From the NCBI GenBank assembly GCA_965153355.1, contig OZ231126.1, positions 25,978,001-26,042,000 on the forward strand: a stretch of 64,000 bases of DNA, in the 5' to 3' direction. Made by a program: the position numbers and the translations under genes. Below the pieces are notes generated by a model that worked only from the letters and a program-made list of their open reading frames with translations, was not told the DNA's origin and made no database searches. Source of the DNA: Flaccisagitta enflata. Taxonomy: Eukaryota. Below, piece by piece: positions 1-12,652 of the stretch. Every line of letters starts with the position of its first letter. The stretch's first letter is position 1.

Positions 1-106
1 ATTTTATTTCTTTGACCTCACTGCTCCTCCTGGTGACCTCAAATATGGCCCCTGCCGGAATAGCCGTGTATCCGGTGTTTACTTTACATTCATCAACTCA
101 TCTCTG

Positions 107-287
<181 letters not shown>

Positions 288-418
288 GGGAGGTAGCGGC
301 CCAAAGGAGTTGATGCCTTGCAGTGCACAAAGGCGTATTGATATGTATCCACCCATCTAAAAATCCCTCAATCAACTACCCACAAGGTTGGAAATTTGGT
401 CCTTGGCTTGCAACTGGG

Positions 419-1166
419 CAGCTGAGTCTCCTACATTTCTAAGAAACGTAGGAATCTGGGTTAGAAAGCTTAGGATCCTAGATTTCCTAACCAACTTTAC
501 AATGGGAAATTAAGTTTTTCTCATTTTAATTCAGAAAGCGCCACTTCAATTTTCCCAATTTTTTGGGTGATTACTAACAACGGGACGACATCCTGATGCC
601 ATAGAATAATAGCGTCGCCACTCAACTCTAAGTTGGTGGAAAAACTGAAAGAAAAATTTCTACCTAGGTTTCTTACGTTTCTAGGTTTTCTAAGAAGATT
701 TTGCGTAGGTTTCTTAGAATTCTAGGTTTTCCAAGGTTTACAATGTCAGTGAAAATAGAAATCTTTTCTAACTAAAGAGCGAGTCAACCAATAAAAGGAG
801 CAAGAAATGTACGAGGAAAAAAAAATTCCATTCTTGCTGGTATTGTAAATCCTCAGAAACCTAGAATTCTAAGAAACATAAGCAACATTTTCCTAGAAAA
901 CCTAGAAACATAAGAAACGTGGGTAGGATTTTTTCATTCACATTTTTAATATATTTACAGCAGAGTGGCGATGCTATTCTTTTATGGCATTAGGATGTCG
1001 TCCCACCGTTAGTGATCACCCAAGAAATCAGATAAAATGAAGCAGCGCTTTTTAGGATAAATTGAAAAAACTCATTTTCCTTTTGTGAAATTGGTTAGGA
1101 AACCTAGAAACGTAGGCTTCCTAACCCAGATTCCTACGTTTCTTAGAATCGTAGGAAACCCAGCTG
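419..1166. mobile_element. Palindromic MITE, CAGCTG termini, 5-bp TSD (CTGGG)
   Basis: Long imperfect TIRs; CTGGG at 414-418 and 1167-1171; absent from the right arm (single copy, CTAGG on the minus strand, ~35052-35056). Confidence 0.85.
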
Positions 1167-1975
1167 CTGGGGTTTAGACTTTCAGTTTTAGGAAAAGAAG
1201 ATATGTGTATGTTTTGGCAAAAATTGTGAGGAATATGATTTTGACTAATTCATGGAAATCTCACTAACAATATTTACCACAAAAACACAAATTTACTCAT
1301 GAAAATTTGACAATGACGCTGGGCGTTACAAAAACCTACTTTTACCCAACTACCATCGCTTATCTTCTTATCAATATGAAGATACCGCTGACCAAATGCG
1401 ATCTTTGGTTTTCTAGTTTCCCTGTTTTTGCCTCCGTCTCCCGTTTTCCCCCATATTTCCCTTGAATGTATATATGGAGATGGCGTTTGAGTCCCTCCAT
1501 TGCGTGTCTCAGTCGTTGATTTGGGGAAAAGAGGAAAATAGAATAGAGAAAAGGAAAAAAAGGAAGAAAAAAAAGATATAGAACGAAGGAAAAAACAGAA
1601 GAAGTAGAAAGGACATTCTCTACTTTCTTTCTTTTTCCCCCTTTTCTCTTGCTTTGTCTTTCTTTTCTTTTTTCCTTCATCGTCGAATTCATTGGGGTGG
1701 AACGGATGACGGGAGGGCCCACAAAAAAAAGTCGCTGAATCAAGTCCATTACTGCGATGGTTTTATAATTTGAGACCTCCCTCCAAGAACAGGTTTCATG
1801 ATAATTGGGCTCTTTTAAAGAGGAGAAAGGGTCGACTGTTTGTTTAAACGCCCTCCGCCATCGATGTCGCCGTCCAAGTCGTTGTTCTGCGTGGGTTCCA
1901 AGTCTATTGACGACATTTGATCAGTGATATCAAAATACGTTTGGGTTGAAATTGGAGAACTGTTTTTGATCTTTA

Positions 1976-2782
1976 CCCTGTTTGCAAAAGCAACTGCAAC
2001 CAGCAAAACCTTTATTGTGCCCAAAGCAAAGTATTCACATTTGGAAATTCGGATTGACCTAGTAGTTCATTGACCTACCATTTATTCATGCAAAATTTCA
2101 TAGTAGTGGCTCCAGTAGTTTGGCGTCCACATACTTTTGAGTAAAAATGTTGTAAGCCCCATGAGAGGCTCCTCAAAAATATGGTTGGATGACCCACATT
2201 ACTTTAACATAATGTCGTTTCTCTATCAAATGAAAATAGCCAGATTGCTCTTAAAACATGGATAATGATCTTTTTTTATGTATCTAAAAAAAAAAAAAAA
2301 GACAATCAAAATTGTTATATTTATGTTATATCATGTGGCAAATTTGATTTTTCCTCTGATTTTTCAAAGTCTTAAAAAGGATTTAATCCCATTAAATGTT
2401 ATAAAAGGCCTCAATTCTTTTTTTTTAGGAAATCATGAAAAATCAAAACTGATGCAAAAGAGGGGTCAATTACTATCCATTTATGACCAACAAGGTCATT
2501 TCAGCTCAATTTTTTACAAAAATAACAACAGTTAATTTATGCGAATTTCTGTAAAGATGCCACTTTTTAGTAAAAATTCATCAAATTTTACCATTTTTCA
2601 AAATCATGTGGAAACTAAACTACTGCAGCCACTGCTATAAAATTTTGCATGAATAAATTGTAAGTTATTTGCTTTTAGACAAAACGGACAAAACCAACAA
2701 AACCGATAAAACGAATGTCCAAATAAGATTACTTTAGGCGCAATAAAGGTTTTGCTGGTTGCAGTCACTTTTGAAAACAGGG
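1976..2782. mobile_element. TA-flanked MITE (CCCTGTTT termini), predates the duplication
   Basis: TIR CCCTGTTTGCAAAAGCAACTGCAACCAGCAAAACCTTTATTG matches its complement at the other end; mirror copy at 31347-33544. Confidence 0.75.
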
Positions 2783-3154
2783 TATTTCCTGCTTGCACAT
2801 GTGATAAGAATGTGATTAAGATATTGATCAATAATTTTAGTATCTAGTGTATCTGCTAGCTGTGCAAGATGAACTTTGCCAAAAAGTAACAACTGAGTTC
2901 GTCTGTAGTCCCTGAATGCTTTTGAGCTTATATCCCAAAAGATTGAGGATGGTGTTTGGCAACCCCCTTTTTCGCTCAAAGCTTTTATTATGTAGAACAC
3001 AGTAAAAGTCTAGTTTTTTGTGTCCATGGACTAGATTGAAATCATTGCCCATATTGGCGCCACCCTCATGGTTTATAACACCTGTCAACTAATCATTGTC
3101 ACGGTAGTTCTACAACTGTAGTGTAGATGCCTCGCTACTGCTGGTCAGGGGTGC

Positions 3155-3352
3155 TTTTTAGTCGCGGACATTCAACCGTCAAACCTACCATGTTGGTTCG
3201 TCGGTCTGTTGGTCCGTCCATCAGTCTGTCTGTCAGTCCCTAAACAAAACAAATTAGCATTGTTTTTTTTTTTTAATTTTTTTTTTTTTTGCTTTTTCAC
3301 TGCTGTCCACCCATCAGCGACTGGGGGAAAGTGTATAGTATATAGCCTTGTT
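3155..3352 (+). mobile_element. Older Helentron-like family A copy (mirror at ~30783-30973)
   Basis: TTTTTAGTCGCGG...GCGACT...CCTTGTT, present in both arms. Confidence 0.65.
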
Positions 3353-3610
3353 CTTCTTTCCCTCCGAGTAGCATATCTTTTCCCTAGAGAACTTTCAACT
3401 TGTCAAATAGTCAGAGTTCGCTTAAAGTTTAACTATTATCAGGGGCGTGTTACTTCCTCCCACATTCCAATCGTGATGTCAAAAGCTAATCTGCATATTG
3501 CAGCAACAACGTTTCTTTCTGCATTTAGAACAATCTGATGTCATTGTGAATCTAGTAAATACAATTCAATTTAACGCTGCATCTCTGATTGACTTAATGA
3601 CAATCTTTGA

Positions 3611-3847
3611 TTTTTAGTCGCGTGCTACGCGACTCTATAATCCACTTTTCAGTCCGTCCGTCCGTCGGTCCGTCGGTCACAAAGTCGTTTTAAAGGCTTT
3701 TTTCGTCTCTAAGTAGTGGAGAAGAAGCTTGGAGTAACAAATAGCTGTTTCAAATGTTTTTTTGAAAAAAATTGTTTGTTTGTCTGTCCGTCTGACTTTT
3801 TTTGAAAGTGCTGACGCACGCGACTTAGGTCTAATGACCTTGTTTTT
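3611..3847 (+). mobile_element. Helentron-like family A copy (left-arm specific)
   Basis: Same 5' end and sub-TIR; empty poly-T site at ~30501-30509. Confidence 0.75.
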
Positions 3848-4374
3848 TTATTGTTTTAATTCCGTGACGTTGATGAATGTTGATGAAGATTCCTCCAAAT
3901 CTCATCCTCAAAGTTAAGAATTTAAAAAAAATCCAATGCATATCAAGAGTCGATTAAGAAAAAATAGAAGACAAAAAAGTAAAACCCTCCAGATTACCTT
4001 CTGGGGGTATTTTTGAACGGCGGGGGACCTACCCAGCCTAGAAACTATTTGCACTGCACAAAGACTGAAGGAAATGGTGAGGAGCAATGTTGAGTATAGA
4101 TCACTGATATTAAATATCAGATGAGTATTTCACATCGTTTTCCTTATTCCGTTCCCATTTGGTTGCTTGTTTTTAACTTACCGTATTTCCTCTCATTTGC
4201 GTCCGGGGCGCTTACGGGACAGAAAAAAAAAGTGCCTATTTACCTCCTAGTTAGCGCCCCACGGACTGAGCAAAAGCGTTAGATGGTCCCGTTGCCCCTA
4301 TATGAGTGTATGTTGATACGTGATGGTAAGAGGGGTAGCAGCCTCAAAGGAGCCATTGACCAATGCTTAGTTAG

Positions 4375-5022
4375 TAGCCTGTACCTAAATGACAAAAAAC
4401 AATAAAATTAACTTTCTCCGAGCAGATCATGTTGTGGGACTGTCTGAGGCTTCTATTGAATTCAATATTGGCTTTGAAATTCTACTTTTAGGTGGCCGCA
4501 CCTTACCTTCTATTAACGCTACCCCTATAGGAAATCCAAAATTTCAAAGTATTTAAATTCCAATTTTGACTGCAGATTTGAAATCTGCAGAAAAAACTGA
4601 CAATTGAAAGTGTTTTCTTTTTTTTTTTGATATTCCAATTAGAAAGTGGTCAAAAGTGATGTCAAATATCGCGAAATATACCTTTCCTTTTAATTTCTTT
4701 GTAAAATCATTGAACTTACCTTTTTTAAAAATCTTTAGCATGGATTTTGATAATGATCCCGAAGGAATTTTGAAAAAAGAAAAACACTTTCAACAGACAG
4801 TTTTTCATGAAGATTTCAAATCTGCAGTCAAAATTATGATTTGACCAATTTGAAATTTTTGTTTTTCTATTGACCTATAGGAAGTTCAAGGTAAGGCGCG
4901 GCCACCAAGATCTAAACTTAAAAAGCTGAAAATGATGACAATAGAAGCCCAAGACAGCTCCACAACATGAGCTGCACGGAGAATTTCGATTTTTTTGTTT
5001 TTTGTCATTTCAGTACAGGCTA
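4375..5022. mobile_element. Palindromic MITE, TAGCCTG...CAGGCTA termini, 5-bp TSD (GTTAG)
   Basis: TSD at 4370-4374 and 5023-5027; empty site near 29970 in the right arm. Confidence 0.85.
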
Positions 5023-5356
5023 GTTAGTTTAAAGCCTTGAAGCTGGGATTTGAGCCTTGAAGCAGGGATTTGAGCCTTGAAGCTGGGATTTGAGCCTTGA
5101 AGCTAGGATTTAAGCCTTGAGACTGGAATTTGAGCCTCAAAACTGGGATTTGAGCCTCAAGACTGGTATTTGAGCCTCGTGGCTAGAGTTTGAGCCTCAA
5201 AGCTGGGTTCTGAGCCTCGTTGCTAGGATTTAAGCCTCAAAGCTGGGATTTGAGCCTCTAGATTAGGATTTTAGCCTTACTACTGGGATTTGAGCCTTGA
5301 GACCGGGATTTGAACCTAAAGGCTGGGGTTTGAGCCTCAAAGGTGGGGGGAGGGGG

Positions 5357-5910
5357 TGTGAAGAACCGTAGAAAATACTGTCTCGTACCGTCATTAGGAT
5401 CTTGCCGTCCACGCAACTTCCGACTGAAGACGCCACTTCCGGTTTGAATACGCCATCGCAACGCCAATCACGCCGATAACGTCACTTCCGGTGGCGCTGG
5501 TTCCAACGTCAGTCTGTGGATGCTATCTCTAATCACTAGGTAAGAAAGTGTATTTAAACTATTATATACAGGAAGAGAAAGAGAGAGAAACAGAAGAGAG
5601 AGGGGGGAGGGATTGGTTAATGCCTACCTACTAACTAGCTAGTGTGTACCATTAGTAACTACCTCAATCAATTCAAATCAATTGTCAACATATGTAGCCA
5701 AGTACACTCACCACAGGTTCCACTGTAATCCCCAAAGTGCTTCCAGGTTGAATTGCTTGCTAAAATACACTGATTAACTGAAAGAAAGAATGCATCCAGA
5801 GAATCAAGTATATCACCACAAGCAAATGAACAGTAACGCCAACGAGAGGACAATGAAATAAATCGCAGTACAAAGGCGGCAAATGCCAAAAATATCAACG
5901 ATATTCCACA
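5357..5910 (-). repeat. 3' LTR of the BEL/Pao element (554 bp)
   Basis: Direct repeat of 18841-19393. Confidence 0.96.
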
Positions 5911-6324
5911 GTCTCTAAGTTGGAACTCATTCCAAACTCAGCCTGCCACCCGCCTTCCCGCCTCAAAAAAACGAGGAGAGACCAAGGACTAAGTCACCTG
6001 AATGAGCGGACGAATGACGGCGAGAGAGCGGCAAGGCGAGACGCGCCTAGCGACGCGGGCGCGCCCGCGCCACGCTGTCCTTGTGGCTGCGGAGCGCGCT
6101 GCGCGTCAGGATCGGCGGCAGGGGGCTGCTGATGCCGCTGCTGCTGATACCCTGGACGCTGACCACCGCGTCCGTGGTGTCGAGGACGAGATGCAGACGC
6201 GACGGTGGCAACAGGCGCCATCGCTTCTGTCTCCGCAGTTCGCCCGAGGAGACAAACCCCGCGAAAAAGTCTCAAAACTCGACGGGGGTAGAGAACGACG
6301 CGCTGGGGAGGAAGGGGCCGCTCC

Positions 6325-7896
6325 CTATAGCGTCGCGATGTCTTCATCATCAAGAGTCTGATTGCCGATATCTGTGGTCGCGGCGCCAGCCTCGGCCGCG
6401 GCCACACATGGCCAGATCCACGGCCACTTGCTGATGATGTCTCTGAGGGTTAGGGATGGCGCCGGTGGGGGGATGGATGAATCTGCCGCCGAAGCGGCAG
6501 CCATCGCCTTCCCCCCCTCCGATTGCTTCCCCTGCTTCTTTGAAGAGGATGAAGAAGATGACTTGGGTGGATCAGCCGGCGGAACGCCTCCGGCCGCACC
6601 TTCCTCCTCCTGCCTCTTCTTCTTCTTGGAGGGCTTCTCCCTCTCCTTCCTTTCCTTCGCCTTATCCTTCATCTCCTTCTCCAACTCCTCCATTTCCCGC
6701 TGCATCCCTTCCAACTTCTTCTTCTTCTCCCGCTCAACCTCCGCCTTCACCTCTTCCATCTGCTTCCTCTTCTCCTCAATCTGCTCCTTCAACCCATCCC
6801 TCTCCTCCTTATACTCCAGATGCCTCTTCCTCCTATTCTCCCTAAACTTTATATTCTTCCTCTTCTGCCTCTCCTGCTTCTTCGTCATTCCTCCCCGCTC
6901 CCCTTCTTCCTCATCCTCCGCTCCTCCTCCCTCCCCCTGCCTACGCACCACCACGTCCTCCGCTTCCAAGTCCCTCGGCTCCGGCCCCACATTCGCCACC
7001 GCCCCCGCACCACGCCACTCAGGAAGGAGAGGGCACCCCCACAATTGATTGGGCATCCTCACTGCCCTTTCCGGCCCTGCGTCACCCTTCGAATTCCACA
7101 CCATCTCCCTCTTCCTCCACTTATCCATCTCCGCCGTCAACAACCCGTCCAACTCCGCGATCCTCAGCTTCCCCTTCCTCCTCTTTGCGTCTTCCGTCGC
7201 CACCGCCTCCTTAAACCGCACCACCACCTCCGTCTCCTCCATCGCCGAGTCGCCGCGCAAACACGGCCACCGCGGCGGCTCCCTCGTCTCCGGCTCCCAC
7301 AGCCCATACGCCGTACACACCCCCGGCTTCTTCGCAAACCTCCGCATCGCCATCTTCACCTGCCCCTGACTACACCATAACAGCACCGACAGGTGACGCA
7401 GGCGTGAGCCCATCGCATGGCCGATTTTGTAGATGTCGAAGCCATCCTCGACCAGGATCCAGTCCATTTCGCCATCGACCTTAATCAGCTGGGCCACGTA
7501 CACATTGGGGTAGCGCTTCTGACCGATATGGAAGAACACCAAGACCGCCAAATTGGTGGCCATGATGTCTCTCTGCGCTTCGGTCGAGAACTGCCACTCA
7601 TCAAATTCTTCCGTCAATGCGTTGGAACCTCTACACATCCGAAAGGATCCCACCATGTCGCCTACTTCCGTCCTACTCTTCTTCTTCCTCTCCCCATCCT
7701 TCTCCACCGCCACCGCCACCTGCGGACCTCCTGGCAACAACAACTCGCTATTTTGATATTCCACCGGCACCTCCTCCGACTCCACCCTTCTCGGCTCCAT
7801 CGCCTCATCCTCCATCTGCACCAGATCAAACTCGTATCCTCCTCCCAGCGCCTCCTCACACTCCTCCCCCGTCACACTAACATGGTGGGATGACAT
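6325..7896 (-). CDS. Extra ORF of the BEL element (~523 aa from MSSHH), unknown function; acidic N-terminus, globular-looking core, K/E/R-rich coiled coil
   Basis: Uninterrupted frame (open from 8121) between the integrase stop and the 3' LTR, same strand as gag/pol, GC-rich; no signal peptide or TM anchor from the MSSHH start. Confidence 0.7.
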   Translation of the reverse strand: MSSHHVSVTGEECEEALGGGYEFDLVQMEDEAMEPRRVESEEVPVEYQNSELLLPGGPQVAVAVEKDGERKKKSRTEVGDMVGSFRMCRGSNALTEEFDEWQFSTEAQRDIMATNLAVLVFFHIGQKRYPNVYVAQLIKVDGEMDWILVEDGFDIYKIGHAMGSRLRHLSVLLWCSQGQVKMAMRRFAKKPGVCTAYGLWEPETREPPRWPCLRGDSAMEETEVVVRFKEAVATEDAKRRKGKLRIAELDGLLTAEMDKWRKREMVWNSKGDAGPERAVRMPNQLWGCPLLPEWRGAGAVANVGPEPRDLEAEDVVVRRQGEGGGAEDEEEGERGGMTKKQERQKRKNIKFRENRRKRHLEYKEERDGLKEQIEEKRKQMEEVKAEVEREKKKKLEGMQREMEELEKEMKDKAKERKEREKPSKKKKRQEEEGAAGGVPPADPPKSSSSSSSKKQGKQSEGGKAMAAASAADSSIPPPAPSLTLRDIISKWPWIWPCVAAAEAGAATTDIGNQTLDDEDIATL

Positions 7897-8086
7897 TCTC
7901 TTCGGATGCGGCGTCCACAACGATTGACAATAAGTAAAGTGATTGTTTTTATGCGTGTTGACAATTGTTAGAGAATTTACCTTCAAATCCTTCAAGCAAA
8001 GGGGGAAAAACACAAATACAAAAACAACATGGCATGGCAAAAACATGGGGACTGGGGCGGGTTGGGGGGGCACGAGGGAAACACAC

Positions 8087-11000
8087 CTAAGGAAAAAAGG
8101 GCAAAGATAACAAAATATCATAGACCGAATGAAGCAATATACTCGGCATAGTCACGCCGACAAACGCCGGGTCAAGTTCCAGTCGGACCACTTTGCTCCT
8201 ATCACGTGTGAATTTCTTCCCATTCGCCGTCACCACCACAGTCCGCACGACGTCGCCTCCATCGACTTCCGTGATGACGCCGGTGCGCCAATCTCCCCGT
8301 CGACACTGGTCATCCACCATGAGAACGACGTCGTCAATTTCCAAATCTTTCTCCACCCGGCGCCATTTGGGTCGCGCCTGCAAGGCCGAGACATAGTCTC
8401 TTTTCCACCTTCTCCAAAACGCATCAGCAATTGCGCGTGATTGGCGCCAAGTATATCGAAGCGCTTCTGCATCTGGAGGCGAGGGGGGCACAAGGTCGCA
8501 ACCGGAAGACGCGTATACTCCAGGGCAAAGAAAGTCTATTGGCCGCAAAGCCTGGATCCCCGGCTCATCACCCACATAGGTAATCGGCCGTGAATTCATG
8601 GCCAGCTCTGCCTGAGCCAATACTGTCGCAAAAGTTTTTATGTGGAGATTGTCTTGGTTCAGTACGAACGCCAAATGTCTTTTTGCAGATTGAACCAAGC
8701 GCTCCCATACTCCACCTCGATGTGGTGCAACAGGTGGGTTAAATGTCCATTGTATGCCCGTCAGCCTTAACTCGGGTTTCGCGGACAAATTCCATGCTTC
8801 CATTTCCGCGCGCAGTTCTTTGTCGGACGCGGTGAAGTTGGTGCCATTGTCCGAATACAAATGGCGAATCGCAGGGCGGCGAGCTTGAAACCGCAAGAGG
8901 GCGTCGATGAAGCAAGAGGCGCTCATGGATCTCAATATCTCGGCGCACCGCGTGGCACGCAAGGCAGGTAAAGAGCGCGACGTACACTTTGTGAGATGCT
9001 CTCCCGGCGATTTTGCAAGAAGCAGGTCCAAAAATATCCACCCCCGCGTTCTCGAAGGGCAGACACTTTTTAGTCCTCACTTCCGGTAGTGGTGCCATCA
9101 GCTGACTTTCAGGGCGTTTAAATTGTTTTTGACACTCCACACACGCGCGCACGACGCGCGTCACAGACCGGCGTCCTTTCGTGATCCAAAAGCGGCGTCG
9201 CGATTCACCCAGTACTTGTTCCACGCCGGCGTGCAGTTGACGGAAGTGGATAGACCGGATCAAACACGCGACGGCCTCGCCATCGTGTGGAGTATTATCG
9301 GATTTTTGGCGTCAAAGTCCAATTCCTCGTCACGCTGGAGTCGTCCTCTGCATCGTAGCAAACCGGCGTCGTCAACGAAGGGGCATAACGCCGCCAATGG
9401 CGATTTTGCGGCGACTTTTTTGGCTCCAACCGGATCACATTGTTGCAACGACTTAATTCCGCGTGGAAGGCTTGGGATTGAATGGCGCTGACGATCAATT
9501 TTCGGCGTCGGCCAATTCGACGCCGGTGGGCGCTCCAACTTTGTCGGCGTCGTGTACAACGCCTGGCGTCGATGGCGGACAATGCACATCATGATCGTGC
9601 GTTTTAGCAGTGCGATGCGCCTCACCTTTCCGTCCACGTCGCCACCTTCTCGCTGACGCGAATCACCCACGATTGAGGCGGCGTTCTTTCCGGCGTCGCC
9701 GTCGTCGCAAGGATGTGAGCGGGAAATGGGCGTGTCACGATCTGCTTTTTCGGCCATTCGTCTTCGCCTCGCCAAAGATAATCAGGGCCGTTGTGGAATT
9801 TGCCCCAATTTGGATCTTGAGCGAGCATCCCTTTGGACGAGTAGTTTGCTGGGTTGAGGTGGGCTGGTACCCACCTCCACTCCTTGACCTTCGTAAGCGC
9901 CTGAATTTCAGAGAGACGATTTGCAAAGTAAAACTTGAACCTTGTTTCAGTGTCATTTAATTGCTTAATTACACATTCAGAATCGGTCCAATTTACATAA
10001 CCATCATAACTCCCTTTTTCTTCACTAATGGTGGCGCGCATTCTGGCCGCGAGGCGTGCTGCTTGAAGCTCCAAGCGTGGCGTCGACTGCATGTGACCCG
10101 CCTCCACATCCTTCAGAGGGACGACGTGCGACTTGGAGCATACGATGGACACATGGATTTCGCCGACTGACCTCAGCGGATTTAGTACATGCTCCATACG
10201 CCTGGGCCCACTCGCATCCGGTCACCGTGAGGACCTGCTGCCCCAGTGCTTCAAGTGTCGCTGCCCCATCCTCGTGTGATGAAGGACTCCAAGAATTTTG
10301 GTCATTTCTTTGCCATTCCACAAACTCGTTGAGGGACACGGTTGGAATGTCTTTGTTATCCCAACTTTCGACGACGCGTAACACTTTTTGCAGAATTAGC
10401 CTTTCCCAAATCACGAATGGCTCCAAAAAACCCAGCGGGTCAAATATAGACGCTATTAATTTGAGCATTTGTCTGGTCTGCACATTCACCCGGCCTTTGA
10501 TTTATCTGGCAAAAAGGAAAAAGCATCGGCAGAAAAAGAATATCTAAGGCCTAACAGTTTCGTCGTGTCATCAGTGGCGCCGGATACATCCATGGGCGTC
10601 ACGCGCTGATCCGTCAGATCGCCTTCAAGGACTTCCGGGTGGCTTGATCTCCATTTGCACAGATTCATGCCGGCGTCCTGGAGGGCGGCCGTGATGCCCA
10701 CGCGAAAGTCTTTGCCACTTTGGTACTGAGCAGTGACTTTATCAGATCATCAATGTACATGTTCCTCATCACTGCCTGAACCACGAGGGGGCCTTATATT
10801 CAGCCGAGATGTTGCACCACAGTGTTGTAGAGTGAAGATCGCGCACACTTGATGATTTTGCACTAAAGACGTAAATAGAAACTCGCTCAGGTTTATTTCC
10901 ATTTTTTCATATCGCGAACCAATAATAGCGGAAAAGTCCTGCGTCTTCTTTCGTGACATAGATTCGTAGCAATTCACGTCCGCGCCCACGGCGACGGGGC

Positions 11001-11959
11001 CTTCGCACCGGAAGCGCATCAACACGCCTCTGATGTCGTTGGCAAGTTGCGGTCCGTCCAAGAGCTGGTCGTTAAGGCTTGATCCACCCACTGCTGCATG
11101 GCAATCGTGGCAGATGAAGACCTGACCCGGCTTGCCTGGTTTGTCCGCCACATGGATAGGGATAGCCCATCTAGGTCGATCTGGTGGCATGTTGGCGTGC
11201 ACATTTGGATCTACTTTCCTCACGCGCCCTTTTTCCCAGAATTTTGCCATAGTTTCGAATGTTATTCGGCGCCTTTCCGGGTCCCGCATTAATTGTTTTT
11301 TCAGCCGAAATAAGCGGTCTAGGGCCATAATTTCAGAATCCAAATTGATTAGTGCATCGGCAGTTGCTTGCCTTCCACCTTTATGAAGGACTGGAGTAAG
11401 GTAGTGTTCAGATTTCGGATCCAACATCATGCCCTCCTTCATTTGGCGGATGGCAAACTTATCACTGAGAGACATATCTCGCTTATTTTTGTCCACTTTT
11501 TCGAATTCACCGGCATTTATTCTTTTTATGGTTTTTGCCAAATCTGAATCAATGCTGTGAAACGAAGCAAAGTTGCAAACAAAATATCGCGAGTCAGTGT
11601 TGTTTCTAGGGCCGATCAGACCGGCGCCGAGCGGCGTGGAAATTCCCATGGGCAGCCCCTCGGCGCTTTTATATGTCTCTCCGCCGATCCAGATTCGAGC
11701 GTGCTCCGCGGCTGACATTACGCCGATAGAGCATCCGTCGCCGCCATCCGGAAACGCAGGAAATTCCAGGTCGACGAGATGCTCCATCCCGGCGGTATCC
11801 TCAGCGCGTGGTGGTCTGTCGTCTTTCGATGCGATTATTTCCCCAAAAATGGCGTTGTTGAGAGTGATCCCGTAGCCGTTGGTACCTTCAATCACCACAT
11901 CTGCCACCTCCCTCTCTCCTTCCACCATCTTCTCATGGGTGGTTATCGTCATCGTCGTT
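8087..11959 (-). pseudogene. pol: pol copy B (mid-PR through complete integrase); heavily frameshifted
   Basis: 8792-11959 repeats 12653-15867. TPRLELQAA, WRWVPAHLNPAN, HHCC (HFRQLH...CVEC), YSDNGTNF, GGVWERLV and the BEL integrase tail FWRRWKRDYVSALQARPKW. Confidence 0.9.
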
Positions 11960-12652
11960 GAACGGCCACTGTGATCATTATCTCGGCATTTTTAATAGAA
12001 TTCCGGATTTCATAGGCAAACTAAAAAAAAATTTTATCTTTTGAGAAAATCAACCTTTATTTCTGAAAAATATAAATAGATTTTATTTTTTTCATGTAAG
12101 AAATCAAAACAATTTTTCTTTAAAAATGGCCCAAGCTGAATTTCATTTTGTTCTTAAAATTTTGACAAATCTCAGGCTCATGTCTCTTATAAACTGGTCT
12201 CTTATATAAAAAAAAAGTGTATCGAAATGTGTTTCAACTCCCGCTGTACTTAAATTATTTTGACTGGGTGTGTCTATGTTTGTTTCGCTGTCGTTTTCAG
12301 GTTTTCATGTTTATGCTCTCATCAAATTGATTCATGTTCAAAGAAATACAGATGAAATGCATCCATTATGAATAATAATTTTGTATCAATTAATAAATGC
12401 TCGGCGGAAGCCCTAAATACTGTTGCAGGCTGTGGGCTATTAGCGATTGGTCTCCTTAGCTAGTTAAGGTAACGTTTGAAAGGTTCCCGAGCATCAAGAA
12501 CAGAGAGAAATTTGAACTATTTGACCATTCTATTTATCGGTAGAAGTTCAGTCGATTCCATCCAGGACACGGTATGCGTAGTTTAGTATCTAAGCGAGTT
12601 TTTTCATTGTTGACAAACCATCTCGGGAATTTACTAGCAATTGTTCCCGATG

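Noticed and set aside
6325-8121. Extra ORF as an envelope gene
   Set aside because: The hydrophobic first ~75 residues come from a non-ATG start overlapping the pol end; there is no C-terminal TM anchor and the body is highly charged.
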